Source of the DNA: an uncultured Halobacteriales archaeon
GTDB lineage: Archaea; Thermoplasmatota; E2; JACPAO01; JAHFTW01
NCBI GenBank assembly: GCA_964627625.1
Contig: CAZVJB010000004.1
Span: forward strand, 3,995 to 67,994
Length of the DNA: 64,000 nt
Reading direction: 5' to 3'
Of this stretch, positions 18,628 through 27,995 are shown one piece after another (position 1 is the first letter of the stretch; each line of letters begins with the position of its first letter). The position numbers and the translations under genes were made by a program. The notes beneath the pieces were generated by a model. It saw only the letters and a list, made by a program, of their open reading frames with translations, was not told where the DNA came from and did not search any database.

Positions 18628-19146
18628 ATGTTGGTGCTGGAGCTGCGCATCGACGGTTGGCGAAAGGGCATCCGCTTCAGTTCCGCCCACATCACGCCGG
18701 AACACAAGAAATGCGGCCGCCTGCATGGGCACACGTACGCCATCCACCTGCGCCTGCAGGGGAAGCAAGACGAGTGGGGCATGGTCCTGGACTTCGGCGT
18801 CATCACGGATACCCTGAAGGAAATTGGCGACGAGATGGACCACTTGGTCCTCGTCCCCACCGAGTCGAACCATTATTCGAACCTCAAGGTCACGAATAAG
18901 GATGTCAAGTTCCGCGTGACGGATCCGTACACCGGCGAGCCGAAGGAGTTCAGTTTCCCGCGCCAGGATTGCTTCCTCGTCCCCATGCCCTCGACGACGG
19001 CGGAGGACCTAGCGAAGTACGTGTACCAGCAATTCATGAAGCGCACCAAGTTCACGACCGACATGGCCTTCGTCGAGGTTGGTGTTGATGAGGGGTATGG
19101 GAAGGGTGCGTGGTATTCGGATGAGAAGAAAGTGAAGGGGAAGTAG
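18628..19146 (+). CDS. queD: 6-carboxy-5,6,7,8-tetrahydropterin synthase (QueD / PTPS family, COG0720)
   Basis: SAHITPEHKKCGRLHGHTY (Cys-x-x-x-His-Gly-His zinc and catalytic motif) and second-half glutamate region; start at internal ATG 18628 (ORF opens at 18457). Confidence 0.8.
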   Translation: MLVLELRIDGWRKGIRFSSAHITPEHKKCGRLHGHTYAIHLRLQGKQDEWGMVLDFGVITDTLKEIGDEMDHLVLVPTESNHYSNLKVTNKDVKFRVTDPYTGEPKEFSFPRQDCFLVPMPSTTAEDLAKYVYQQFMKRTKFTTDMAFVEVGVDEGYGKGAWYSDEKKVKGK

Positions 19147-19194
19147 AGAATGGCCACCTGCAACGGCGGGCCGTGACTTTGATGCCGTGGTGAC

Positions 19195-19632
19195 TTGCAA
19201 ATGAAAATGCGCTACGCGATTATTCTTGCCGTACTCGTGCCCTTGTCCGGTTGTTTTGCTGAATCAGGTACCGGTTGTAAGAAGTCACACGAAGAATTTC
19301 CGGCGGGCGGCGGTGTCTACAAGTTCTGCGATTACGAATTTCGATTCGATATTTCGACGAGTCAGCTTGTCGTTCAACATGCGGGAAGCGCAAACCTACA
19401 GTGGAAGCAACTGGAGGTGCGGGCAGACGGAGTGCTCCATGCGGCGCTGAACCGTTCCGCAACGGCAAACGATGTAGGCGGTCAGACGATTTGGTTTGGA
19501 CAAAGTGATTGGGGAACCATTAGGCAGGACCAATTCATCGGCCTGTGCGGACCGATAAAGCAAATTGCGCTGGCAGATGCCGCTTGGCAATTTGATGTTC
19601 CGCATGTCAACATGCAGCTGGAGTCATGCTAG
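19195..19632 (+). CDS. Small lipoprotein, lower-G+C, likely horizontally acquired
   Basis: MKMRYAIILAVLVPLSGC lipobox. Codon usage is visibly A/T-richer (about 50% G+C by eye) than flanking genes. Confidence 0.5.
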   Translation: MQMKMRYAIILAVLVPLSGCFAESGTGCKKSHEEFPAGGGVYKFCDYEFRFDISTSQLVVQHAGSANLQWKQLEVRADGVLHAALNRSATANDVGGQTIWFGQSDWGTIRQDQFIGLCGPIKQIALADAAWQFDVPHVNMQLESC

Positions 19633-19864
19633 AAATTGCAAGCCCCGTCATGGGGGACTCGGAGGGCCGTTTTGAGGAGCGGGATGCTTTGTCACAGCGT
19701 AGGCGCGGATGCTTCTCATGATGAAGCCGGCGGTCTGCCGCCCCCGCCGCCCACGTGAACCATCGGGCGTACCAAACCCGCCGAACAACGGGACGAGCGG
19801 ACCACGGAAGTCACGAACCTCACGGAAACCGGGGCGAACAAAGGCCCGCGCCAGGGCCCAAGCG

Positions 19865-19960
19865 TTGCGACGGCGGCGACTTCGAGTTGCAGGCCCTCAA
19901 GATGATGATTGAGGTCGTACTGGAATCGCCCCCGGCCGGGGCGAGCAGGCCGGCCGCAGG
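19865..19960 (+). repeat. About 90-nt element shared with 1205-1300 (opposite orientation)
   Basis: See 1205-1300. Sits in a 500-nt ORF-poor gap that also contains a perfect hairpin gccaagc-gagg-gcttggc (about 19963-19980) and a second imperfect local repeat (cgccgcccaYgtgaacS at about 19745 and 20045). Confidence 0.5.
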
Positions 19961-20135
19961 CGCGGCCAAGCGAGGGCTTGGCAGCCGACGCAGGCGAAAC
20001 CATGCGGATGGCGGGGCCGCCGGGGGCCTGCCTCCGTCGCCGCCCAGGTGAACGCCACTTCAAGAGTGCGCGTACTTTCACTGAAACCATTCATCATTAC
20101 GTAGACTTTTTCCTGTCCTCGCCATCACACTCCAC

Positions 20136-20387
20136 GTGACCCTTTACATCAGGCGCAGGCTGGAGCCATTCGGTCGCGACCTCATTTTTCCCTTCACGAA
20201 AGTAGAGGCCGCAGAACTCGGGATTCGAGCCGGCGATACCGTTCGCATCAAACTTTCCGTCGGACCCGCGGACGAAGTGGACGAAACAGGCAACCCAATT
20301 GCTTTCGTTGAGGCCCAGGTTCTCTCGCGAACACGAAAACGCACGAAGGCGCACCGACGCTCACGGAATCGACACGCTCGGCCTTAG
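20136..20387 (+). CDS. Possible small AbrB/SpoVT-like protein (GTG start)
   Basis: LIFPFTKVEAAELGIRAGDTVRIKL resembles the swapped-hairpin beta-barrel motif. Weak support; an overlapping minus-strand ORF is also present. Confidence 0.2.
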   Translation: MTLYIRRRLEPFGRDLIFPFTKVEAAELGIRAGDTVRIKLSVGPADEVDETGNPIAFVEAQVLSRTRKRTKAHRRSRNRHARP

Positions 20388-21064
20388 GCCCCAGCGCCGC
20401 CAACGCCCATCGCATCCGCCAGAACGACAAGCCCGATGAGAACCCGGCCATCCAGAGGCGCAGCGGGATCGCGTTGCACGTCGTAGGTGTCGCCCCACAT
20501 CTGGAAACGCTCGCGGACCGTGGCAGCGGAGCGCGGTTGGCCTTGGTCAATCAAGTCGAGCCGGTAGCGCGCCGGGACGAATGTCGCGATGATGTCCCCC
20601 CACCGGCGCATGAAGGAACGGAAGCCGCCCTCCTCATGGTATTTGCCGCGCTCTTGCCCGGTCGCGTCGCAGATTGTCCACTCGTCCTTCAGTAAGGATT
20701 TCCAACCCTTGCGCCGCACGGATGCAAACGTTCCCCCGGTGCCGGAGTCGATTAGGACAAAATTGGCCGCAAAATCCATGATGCGCTGGGTCGCCATGCG
20801 AAAGAGTTCGACCTTCTCCTGCTCGTCGGCATAAAATCTGATGTCCTCCCGCAGGCGGAACATCTTCTGGCGGCAGAACGCGACAAGGTTGCCTTTGTCG
20901 TCGAGGATGCGGTATTGGCGGCCGAGCGAGAAGCGGCGTTCTTCGACGACGTAGCGCTCGTAGGCCCAGGGACCTGCCGTCGCAGCAGGGACGGAACCCA
21001 CATTGCGCACGGGAGGCGCCCATGTCGGGCTCTGAGTTTGGGCGACGGCGCGAGGGTCAGGCAT
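20384..21064 (-). CDS. LURP-one-related / tubby C-terminal-like (DUF567-type) protein
   Basis: YVVEERRFSLGRQYRILDDKGNLVAFCRQKMFRLREDIRFYADEQEKVELFRM... pattern typical of the LOR family. Start at internal Met (MPDPRAV); the upstream 180 aa of the track ORF is antisense to queC and was rejected. Confidence 0.4.
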   Translation of the reverse strand: MPDPRAVAQTQSPTWAPPVRNVGSVPAATAGPWAYERYVVEERRFSLGRQYRILDDKGNLVAFCRQKMFRLREDIRFYADEQEKVELFRMATQRIMDFAANFVLIDSGTGGTFASVRRKGWKSLLKDEWTICDATGQERGKYHEEGGFRSFMRRWGDIIATFVPARYRLDLIDQGQPRSAATVRERFQMWGDTYDVQRDPAAPLDGRVLIGLVVLADAMGVGGAGA

Positions 21065-21223
21065 GGCCTCGCACAGCCCGTCCGCCTCTTGAAATCGATT
21101 CCTGGCCGGGATGGTTCGGGCCCGTCTCCTTCCTGGGCGGCCGGCTGCGACGACGCGGGCAGCACGGGTGTGCAAATTTTCCACACCCCTGCCGATTATA
21201 TCGAACACCTTCGTCCCGTTGCT

Positions 21224-21916
21224 GTGGCCAAGCCCCGTGCCGTGGTCCTCCTTTCCGGGGGACTCGACTCCTGCACGGCGGCAGCGTGGGCCAAAGCCGA
21301 GGGCCACGACCTCGTGGCGCTCTCCTTCGATTACGGCCAGCGTCACCGAAAGGAGCTCGCGTCGGCTCGCAAGATTGCCGCCGCCCTGAATATCAAGGCG
21401 CACAAGGTCCTCAAAGTCCCGATTGGCGACCTCGGCGGGTCGGCACTTACCGACAAGACCATACCGATTCCCAATGCGCGCAAGAAGGGCAAGATGGGCG
21501 CTTCCATTCCGGTCACGTACGTTCCAGCCCGGAACACGATTTTCTTGTCCTTCGCGCTTGGTTACGCCGAAGTCGTTGGCGCGTCGGCCATCGTCATCGG
21601 CGCAAACCACCTCGACTACTCAGGCTACCCGGATTGCCGGCCGGAATTCCTCGCGGCATTCGAGACCATGGCCAACCTTGCCACCACGGCCGGCGTCGCA
21701 GGGCGAAGGGTCAAGGTCATGGCCCCGCTCCTGCAAAGCAGCAAGAGCGACATCGTGCGGCTCGCAATCCGGCTCAAGGCGCCTCTCCAACTTACGTGGA
21801 GCTGCTACCGCGGCGGCAAGCTGGCTTGCGGCACCTGCGAGTCTTGCGTCCTGCGCCTCGCTGGTTTTGCTGCAGCGGGCCGCAAGGATCCAATCGCGTA
21901 CCGGTTGGTGGCCTGA
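21224..21916 (+). CDS. queC: 7-cyano-7-deazaguanine synthase
   Basis: KPRAVVLLSGGLDSCTAAAWA (SGGxDS PP-loop) and C-terminal zinc-binding CGTCESC. Start uncertain: GTG at 21224 or 21170 (ORF opens at 20915). Confidence 0.8.
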   Translation: MAKPRAVVLLSGGLDSCTAAAWAKAEGHDLVALSFDYGQRHRKELASARKIAAALNIKAHKVLKVPIGDLGGSALTDKTIPIPNARKKGKMGASIPVTYVPARNTIFLSFALGYAEVVGASAIVIGANHLDYSGYPDCRPEFLAAFETMANLATTAGVAGRRVKVMAPLLQSSKSDIVRLAIRLKAPLQLTWSCYRGGKLACGTCESCVLRLAGFAAAGRKDPIAYRLVA

Positions 21917-22882
21917 GTGACGCCCTGGGACGAATTCGTAAACGACACGACGATTGTCCTCGCTCTTCTCGTCCTGGAGGCCGTGCTGTCGTTCGACAAT
22001 GCGGCCGTCCTTGCCGCCATGGTGCGCAAACTTCCAATGAAGGACCGCCGCAAGGCCCTCCTCTACGGCCTTGGGGGGGCGTACGGCCTGCGCATCGCAG
22101 CCATCCTGCTTGCCTCGTTCCTGATTGCCAACCCGATCCTCAAGGTCTTGGGCGGTGGATACCTCATTTTCATCGGTGTGAAGCATTTCGTGGCTTTGGC
22201 GCGGCATAAGGGGGGCGGTGCCAAGCATGTCACCGGCGGCGGCGGCATGTGGTTGCGTCTGGGTATCCCTGCCCTTGTGGCCACCATCATTCAAATCGAA
22301 ATTATGGACCTGGCCTTCGCCGTGGACCAAGTAATCGTCGCCGTCGCCTTCACCGAAAAAATCCCGCTCATCATTATCGCGAGCATGATTGGCATCCTCT
22401 TCCTGCGACTTGCCGCCGCCGTCGTCGCCCGCATCATGGACTGGCTCCCGACGCTCGAACATTTGGCGTTCGTTGCTGTCATCTATGTGGGGATCAAACT
22501 CATTCTGCTCTACCCGTTCTTCGTGACCGGCGCCGTGATGGGGGACATTCACGGGCCGAGCCAGGAGATTATCGGGGGCGCATGCCGCGTATCATTCATC
22601 CCGGTCGAGCACGAAGTTGCCGTCGGCGCCCAGCCGGGCTGTGAAATTCCCACGCCAATATCTATCGGGATTACGCTAGGGCTCTTTGGCATCCCAATCA
22701 TCATGAAACTCCTCTTCGGCTTCCCACGCAGCGAACCAGGCAGCCACCCGGCCGCCTCCAGCCTTGATCCTCCGCCGACAACGCCCGACCCAGTCAAACT
22801 CGGCGTCGCACATACTGAAATCAAATCGGGGACCCGCGAAATCGACGGCGTCCTTGAGCCACCGCGGCGCCCTGAGTCGTAG
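21917..22882 (+). CDS. terC: TerC family integral membrane protein
   Basis: LSFDNAAVLA and DLAFAVDQV TerC signature motifs; GTG start abuts the queC stop. Confidence 0.8.
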   Translation: MTPWDEFVNDTTIVLALLVLEAVLSFDNAAVLAAMVRKLPMKDRRKALLYGLGGAYGLRIAAILLASFLIANPILKVLGGGYLIFIGVKHFVALARHKGGGAKHVTGGGGMWLRLGIPALVATIIQIEIMDLAFAVDQVIVAVAFTEKIPLIIIASMIGILFLRLAAAVVARIMDWLPTLEHLAFVAVIYVGIKLILLYPFFVTGAVMGDIHGPSQEIIGGACRVSFIPVEHEVAVGAQPGCEIPTPISIGITLGLFGIPIIMKLLFGFPRSEPGSHPAASSLDPPPTTPDPVKLGVAHTEIKSGTREIDGVLEPPRRPES

Positions 22883-22939
22883 CCGGCGCACGCGACCGCA
22901 GCCCCAACGCGTAAATCGTGCCTTGATGTCGGACACCGC

Positions 22940-23593
22940 GTGCAGGTAACGGAGGTCTTCTACTCAATTCAGGGGGAAGGCCGCCGCATGGGCATCCCCA
23001 CGACGTTCGTGCGTTCGACGGGTTGCCACCTGCGTTGTGTGTGGTGCGACGCCGCGTACGCATTCTACGGCGGCAGCAAGAAGTCGCTAGACGAACTTAT
23101 GGCCGAAGTCGCACGCCAGCCGACGAGGGAGGTCTGCTTCACGGGCGGAGAGCCGCTGCTGCAGAAAGATGCCTGGGAGTTCGTGGCCCGCCTCCTGGAT
23201 TCCGGCTACTCCGTTCTGATTGAGACGTCCGGCAACATCAGTTTCGCCGCAGCGAACAAATTCCCCGCCGAACAACGCGGCCGGCTCTGCATCAGCATGG
23301 ACGTCAAGTGCCCCGGCTCCGGCATGGCGGACAAGAACGACCTCGCCTTGCTGCAGGATTTACGGGCCCCGGATCAACTCAAATTCGTGGTCGCCGACAG
23401 GGCCGACTTCGATTTTGCGGCCGCCGTCGTGCGCGAGCACGGACCCTTCCCGTGTCCGGTTTACCTCAACCCCGTGGGCGGACTCGACCCGAAGAACATC
23501 ACGGAATGGCTGCTGTCCGAAAAGGAGCCGCTTGTCGTCCATGTCGGCGTCCAGTTGCATAAGTTGGTGTGGGGAGACGTGGCGGGCCGCTGA
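22940..23593 (+). CDS. queE: 7-carboxy-7-deazaguanine synthase (radical SAM)
   Basis: VFYSIQGEGRRMGIPTTFVRSTGCHLRCVWCD (QueE-type CxxxCxxC variant cluster motif), about 217 aa. Confidence 0.85.
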   Translation: MQVTEVFYSIQGEGRRMGIPTTFVRSTGCHLRCVWCDAAYAFYGGSKKSLDELMAEVARQPTREVCFTGGEPLLQKDAWEFVARLLDSGYSVLIETSGNISFAAANKFPAEQRGRLCISMDVKCPGSGMADKNDLALLQDLRAPDQLKFVVADRADFDFAAAVVREHGPFPCPVYLNPVGGLDPKNITEWLLSEKEPLVVHVGVQLHKLVWGDVAGR

Positions 23594-23635
23594 TTGCGGA
23601 TTCCACAGATGGCCCGGGCCGCCACCGATTGCCAG

Positions 23636-24400
23636 TCATGCCACGGCATCCATGTTGAGCCGCCAATAATCCAACGAAAACGGCGGCGCATCACGCGCAG
23701 CCTGCTCGACGATGCGGTCCATGAAGGCCCTGCGCTCGGCTTCATGTCCGATGCGGGCAAGGTGCGGCCGCAGGACTATTCCTGCTACGAAATCGCGAAA
23801 CTCGGCTGCATCGGCAAACCGCGTCGACTTTTCCTCAAGCCATACTTCAATGTCGCCGAAGCCGGCCGCTGCGAGCCGCCGCCTCGCCGTGGCCACATCT
23901 TGAAACTCCCATGGCTCGACCCAATCTTTGAACCAAGGCGCAAACGCGTCGTCGCACATCAGGTCGGCCGCTCGCTTGTGCAGGCGTTCCAGGTTGGGCC
24001 CGCCGCCGCATTGCGCGTGGAGCCGACCGCCGTCACGAAGCGCGTGGTGCAACTCGTTGAAGAGGCGCCGCTGGTCTAGGATCCAATGAAAGGCGGCCGT
24101 GCTGAATACCAGATCGAAAACGTGGGCGAAGGGCAACGACAAGAGGTCGGCGCGCACGACGTCGGCAGCGCCGGCGAGGTGGATACGCGCCTCCTTTGCC
24201 ATGCTCGCCGACAGGTCGACGGCCACGACGCGGCCCCTGGGGACGCGCTTGGCAAGCTCCGCCGTAAGACGGCCAGAGCCACAACCGGCATCCAAGACAC
24301 GCTCAGTCCCTGCGAGCTGCACGCGCTGCAGCACTTGCAGTCCCCACTCGAATTGCGGGCTTGCGACGCGGTGGTACAGCTCGCCATCCCAATCGGCCAC
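23636..24400 (-). CDS. Class I SAM-dependent methyltransferase (Tam-like)
   Basis: VLDAGCGSGRLT (motif I), VVAVDLS (motif II). Confidence 0.8.
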   Translation of the reverse strand: MADWDGELYHRVASPQFEWGLQVLQRVQLAGTERVLDAGCGSGRLTAELAKRVPRGRVVAVDLSASMAKEARIHLAGAADVVRADLLSLPFAHVFDLVFSTAAFHWILDQRRLFNELHHALRDGGRLHAQCGGGPNLERLHKRAADLMCDDAFAPWFKDWVEPWEFQDVATARRRLAAAGFGDIEVWLEEKSTRFADAAEFRDFVAGIVLRPHLARIGHEAERRAFMDRIVEQAARDAPPFSLDYWRLNMDAVA

Positions 24401-24423
24401 GCCGGGGCATGCGTGGGCGTCGC

Positions 24424-25068
24424 TTATTCCTGTTTGGCTTCCGGTTCGGCCGCGCGGCGCTTACGGGCGCGTAGAAGTTCGTAGACGATGTAGGCGACGA
24501 TGAGGACCAATAATCCGAGCCCGACGAGGTCGAGGTAGGGCTTCGCGGCAATCGCGGCGGAATCGCCGAACTGGTAACCAATCCAGAACAGGAACATGTT
24601 CCAGATTGTGGCGCCCACGAAGGTGGCAAGCAGGAAGGGGCGCAGCGGCATGCGGGCCGAACCCGCGGGAATGGAAATGACGTGGCGCACGCCGGGGATG
24701 AAACGGCAGATGAAAATCGCCCAGGCGCCGCGGCGCTCGAACCACCGGTGCGCGGCCTCGATGTGGTGCTTGTGCACGAAGACATACTTGCCATAGCGCT
24801 CCACCATGGGAAGCAATCCGTATGCCCCCATGAGGTAACTGAGGTAGGAGCCGACGATGGAGCCGAGCGACGACGCGAGAATGACCGCCCACATGTTCAT
24901 CTCGCCTTGCTGGACCAGGTACCCAGCAAGCGGCATGACCGCCTCACTTGGCACGGGGAAAACCATGGATTCCATTGCCATGAGGAGAAATACCCCAAGT
25001 GGGCCCAGGCTCGTCATGACATCGGCGGCAAACTGTGAGAGCCACGCAAGGATGTCGCCGATTCCCAC
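24424..25068 (-). CDS. DedA/SNARE-associated family membrane protein
   Basis: Typical DedA length and motifs (FPVPSEAVMPLAGYL...; FIPGVRHVISIPAG). Confidence 0.8.
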   Translation of the reverse strand: MGIGDILAWLSQFAADVMTSLGPLGVFLLMAMESMVFPVPSEAVMPLAGYLVQQGEMNMWAVILASSLGSIVGSYLSYLMGAYGLLPMVERYGKYVFVHKHHIEAAHRWFERRGAWAIFICRFIPGVRHVISIPAGSARMPLRPFLLATFVGATIWNMFLFWIGYQFGDSAAIAAKPYLDLVGLGLLVLIVAYIVYELLRARKRRAAEPEAKQE

Positions 25069-25255
25069 GAACCGGGCAGGCAGACCGGCGCTAAGGATGT
25101 TCAGGTTGATTGGGTAGCGGAACCAAGGCTCCGCCGGGCGTGGCGGATGCTAGGAGGCCGACTGAGGCGTGCCCGGAGGGCACGGCGAGGGAGGCCGACG
25201 CCGCAGCCGGCCGCCCGGCGAAGCCGCAGGTGCTACACAATCAATCTGGACGTCC

Positions 25256-25840
25256 CTAAAGGCCTGCGGCGACAGCGGCAAGTTGCAGAGCGAAGAGGAA
25301 CAGGAGGTCGGCACTTACGACTTCAAGGACTGCCGGGAACCACTGCCACCGCTGGGCGCCCCGCGACACGAGGAAACTGAAGGTGAACACCCAGCCGAAG
25401 ATTGCCACCATGAAACCCGCAACGCCCCATGCGCCTTGGGCTCCCAAAAACGTCGTTCCTGCGCCGATCCACCATGCGTACTGAAATGGATTCGTTAGGG
25501 TGACCGCCCAGACCGCCCATGGCCCTGCAAGTTGGCGGGTGCCGGCGCGCAGTCGGACCGTATCCCAGGCCAGGTAGGCCATGAGAAGGGCGCCGACGGC
25601 CGCTAACCATGGTGCTACGGCCTCGAGGTGAACAAGCCGCGGCAGGCCGACGAGGACGAGAACCATGTAGGCCGTATCAACGATTGGCGCGGGGATTCCG
25701 GCGCGCACCCCGGCCGCCATGCCGTGCCGGCTTGACTCTCTGGCAATCAGCGCATTGACGGGGCCCGGCGGGCCGGCAAGGCTGGCACCGAGGGCGAAGC
25801 CGAGGGCAAGATGGACGATGGGCCCGAAGGCCTCGGCCAA
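25256..25840 (-). CDS. LysE/RhtB family amino-acid exporter
   Basis: GPPGPVNALI N-terminal motif; 6 TM helices; about 190 aa. Confidence 0.7.
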   Translation of the reverse strand: MAEAFGPIVHLALGFALGASLAGPPGPVNALIARESSRHGMAAGVRAGIPAPIVDTAYMVLVLVGLPRLVHLEAVAPWLAAVGALLMAYLAWDTVRLRAGTRQLAGPWAVWAVTLTNPFQYAWWIGAGTTFLGAQGAWGVAGFMVAIFGWVFTFSFLVSRGAQRWQWFPAVLEVVSADLLFLFALQLAAVAAGL

Positions 25841-25841
25841 T

Positions 25842-26399
25842 TCAGTAATGGTAGTCGCGCTCGTTCTCCGGCTCTAGGTCGACGCCGAGGCCGATTGCGA
25901 GCCGGTTTGCGAAGTTGAAGTAGCCGACGATTTGCGCCGCCTGGAGAATCTCTTCGTCCTTGAGCCCGGCTTTCCGCAGCGCCTCGGCCTGTTTGGCGAC
26001 GCCTTTTGCGGGGTTGGCGGTGAGGGCGACGGCGTATTCGACAAGGACTTTTTCGCGCGGCGTCTTGGCGGATTTTGGAGCGTCCTTCACGACCGCTGCG
26101 ACCCATTGCGCGTCTTGGGCATGCCGCAACAGGGCTTCCTGGTGGTGGGTCGTGCAGTAGACATCGCCATTAGCGGCTGAGACGGCGACCGCGATGATTT
26201 CGGCTTCCTGCCGGGACAAGCCGCCCTTGCCGAAGACCGTCGTCATGTAGAGATCAAGATGGGCCCGCATCGCCTTCGGATTGAGGCTATTGAGGCGCAG
26301 GATATTGGACACGCGGCCTCGGTTGCGCTGGATCTCGTCGTAGATCTCGAACAGCTTACCCTCGGCATCATCTTCAGAAATGGTGCGGATATAGGCCAC
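25842..26399 (-). CDS. Carboxymuconolactone decarboxylase (AhpD-like) family protein
   Basis: VAYIRTISEDDAEGKLFEIYDE start and VYCTTHH Cys-His catalytic motif. GTG start at 26399 assumed; the ORF extends to 26492. Confidence 0.65.
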   Translation of the reverse strand: MAYIRTISEDDAEGKLFEIYDEIQRNRGRVSNILRLNSLNPKAMRAHLDLYMTTVFGKGGLSRQEAEIIAVAVSAANGDVYCTTHHQEALLRHAQDAQWVAAVVKDAPKSAKTPREKVLVEYAVALTANPAKGVAKQAEALRKAGLKDEEILQAAQIVGYFNFANRLAIGLGVDLEPENERDYHY

Positions 26400-26461
26400 G
26401 GCGTCCTGACCCGCGTTCCATAGAAAACGGTTCGGGAACCGGAATCGAGACCTACAAGCCC

Positions 26462-27094
26462 CTACTTGTTGTTCGTCCGGCGGGACAGCCACAGGACCCG
26501 CGCGGCGACGGAACAGTAGGGCGACCAGGCTGGCTGCTTTGCCATCATGTAGGCTGCAGCCGCGTCCGGGTCAATGCCGTATGCGTTGGCGACCGCCAGC
26601 CGAAGACCTAGGTCCTCAGGCGCAAGTACATCGGGCCGTTCCAGGTGGAACATGAGGAACATCTTTGCCGTCCAGGCACCGATGCCCTTCACGGCCGTGA
26701 GTTCCTCGATGATTGCGTCGTCCGGCAGCGCGCCGAATTTGGCGAATTCGACGTCTCCGCGAATGGTCTGTTCGGCCAAATCGAGGACGTAGGCGGATTT
26801 TCCGCGCGATAGGCCAGCGGCGCGGAATTCCTCAGGCGTTCGGTTGAGCACCCGCCTGGGCGTGACCTTGCCGCCGAGAAGTTTGACGACCCGGCCATGG
26901 ATGGTCTGGCCGGCCGCGAGTGACACTTGTTGATGTGTGATTGATTGAACGAGCGCAGAAAAACCATCGGCGCCGGCTATTGGCGGCTCCGCCGGGATGC
27001 GATTTTTCCGGCTGAGAGCCGCGAGGACCTTGTCGGTGTTTGCCCAGTGTTTCTCGGCGACGGGTTGCAGGCTGCGCAAGGTCGCGTTGGTCAT
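26462..27094 (-). CDS. HhH-GPD superfamily DNA glycosylase (AlkA / 3-methyladenine glycosylase II-like)
   Basis: LTAVKGIGAWTAKMFLMF helix-hairpin-helix plus catalytic Asp region (PEDLGLR). Confidence 0.8.
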   Translation of the reverse strand: MTNATLRSLQPVAEKHWANTDKVLAALSRKNRIPAEPPIAGADGFSALVQSITHQQVSLAAGQTIHGRVVKLLGGKVTPRRVLNRTPEEFRAAGLSRGKSAYVLDLAEQTIRGDVEFAKFGALPDDAIIEELTAVKGIGAWTAKMFLMFHLERPDVLAPEDLGLRLAVANAYGIDPDAAAAYMMAKQPAWSPYCSVAARVLWLSRRTNNK

Positions 27095-27813
27095 GCCGCA
27101 TCAGGGCGGCGCCAGGGCGGGTAGCGATTCACGAGCAGCAGGGCAACGCCGAAAATGAACAGGGCGTTCACGACATGCAGCCCGGCGACGGCAAGAAGCG
27201 CCGGCGACGGCGGGGGGTCCAAGGTCCTGATGGCCGCAAAACCATACTGCGCCACGACTGCGAGCAGCAGGCCGACACTCCACCAGCCGGCCGCCTTGCG
27301 ACCGCCGAGGAAGGCGAAAGCAATCATGCCGACGGGAATGATTTCGATGACGTGGACGAATTGCTTGTGCCAATCTATCGAATCGAGGGCGCCGAAAAGG
27401 TTCGCGCCGGCCAAGTACACCTGGATGACCACGGCAATGAGGAACGCGACTGCGAACCACGGGAAGACGCTCGCCGAGCGGCGACGCCAACGCGGCAACC
27501 CTTCGCGAGGAGCGGCGAGTGACTCGGGCTGCCAAATGGTTTCCTGGCCCTGCGCTTCGTCAGGAGTCGGCCGTGCCGCACGGGGCACTTCTTCGACGAC
27601 GGGAAGTTCGAAGACTTGTTCCGAGCGAGGTGAGGAAATAATGGTCTCGGGCCCCGTCTCGACCGGGACCGCGACCCGTTTCTTGGCTTTCGACTTTGAC
27701 GGACTGAGGCGGCGGGCCACGGGGTCGCAAGGCGACAGCGGGCCTTCACCCCTTCGGCGGAAGCGCGACGCTGGACCGATGGCCGGCTCAGGCGGCAAGA
27801 GCAGGCATTGCAA
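27091..27813 (-). CDS. Hypothetical membrane protein (4 TM) with disordered N-terminus
   Basis: C-terminal half has 4 TM helices; N-terminal 100 aa low-complexity; 4-nt overlap with the glycosylase gene. Confidence 0.4.
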   Translation of the reverse strand: MQCLLLPPEPAIGPASRFRRRGEGPLSPCDPVARRLSPSKSKAKKRVAVPVETGPETIISSPRSEQVFELPVVEEVPRAARPTPDEAQGQETIWQPESLAAPREGLPRWRRRSASVFPWFAVAFLIAVVIQVYLAGANLFGALDSIDWHKQFVHVIEIIPVGMIAFAFLGGRKAAGWWSVGLLLAVVAQYGFAAIRTLDPPPSPALLAVAGLHVVNALFIFGVALLLVNRYPPWRRPDAA

Positions 27814-27995
27814 CCAGGGGGGTCCCCACGGGCGGCAGTACCATGACGACGGTTTCCTGGCCGTTCTCGATGGGCTTGATGCGGGGTTTCCAGCTTCGGA
27901 CTTCCGTCATCGGGACGTGGAGGGCCATGATGCGTGCCAGCAGGGGGAGGTCTTGAGGGCTTCGGCGAGGTGCGTGAAGGTTTCGCTCGCGCACT

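Noticed and set aside
21065-21610. N-terminal 182 aa of the 408-aa minus ORF (LURP-like track entry)
   Set aside because: Antisense to queC; nonsense composition. Internal ATG at 21064 used.
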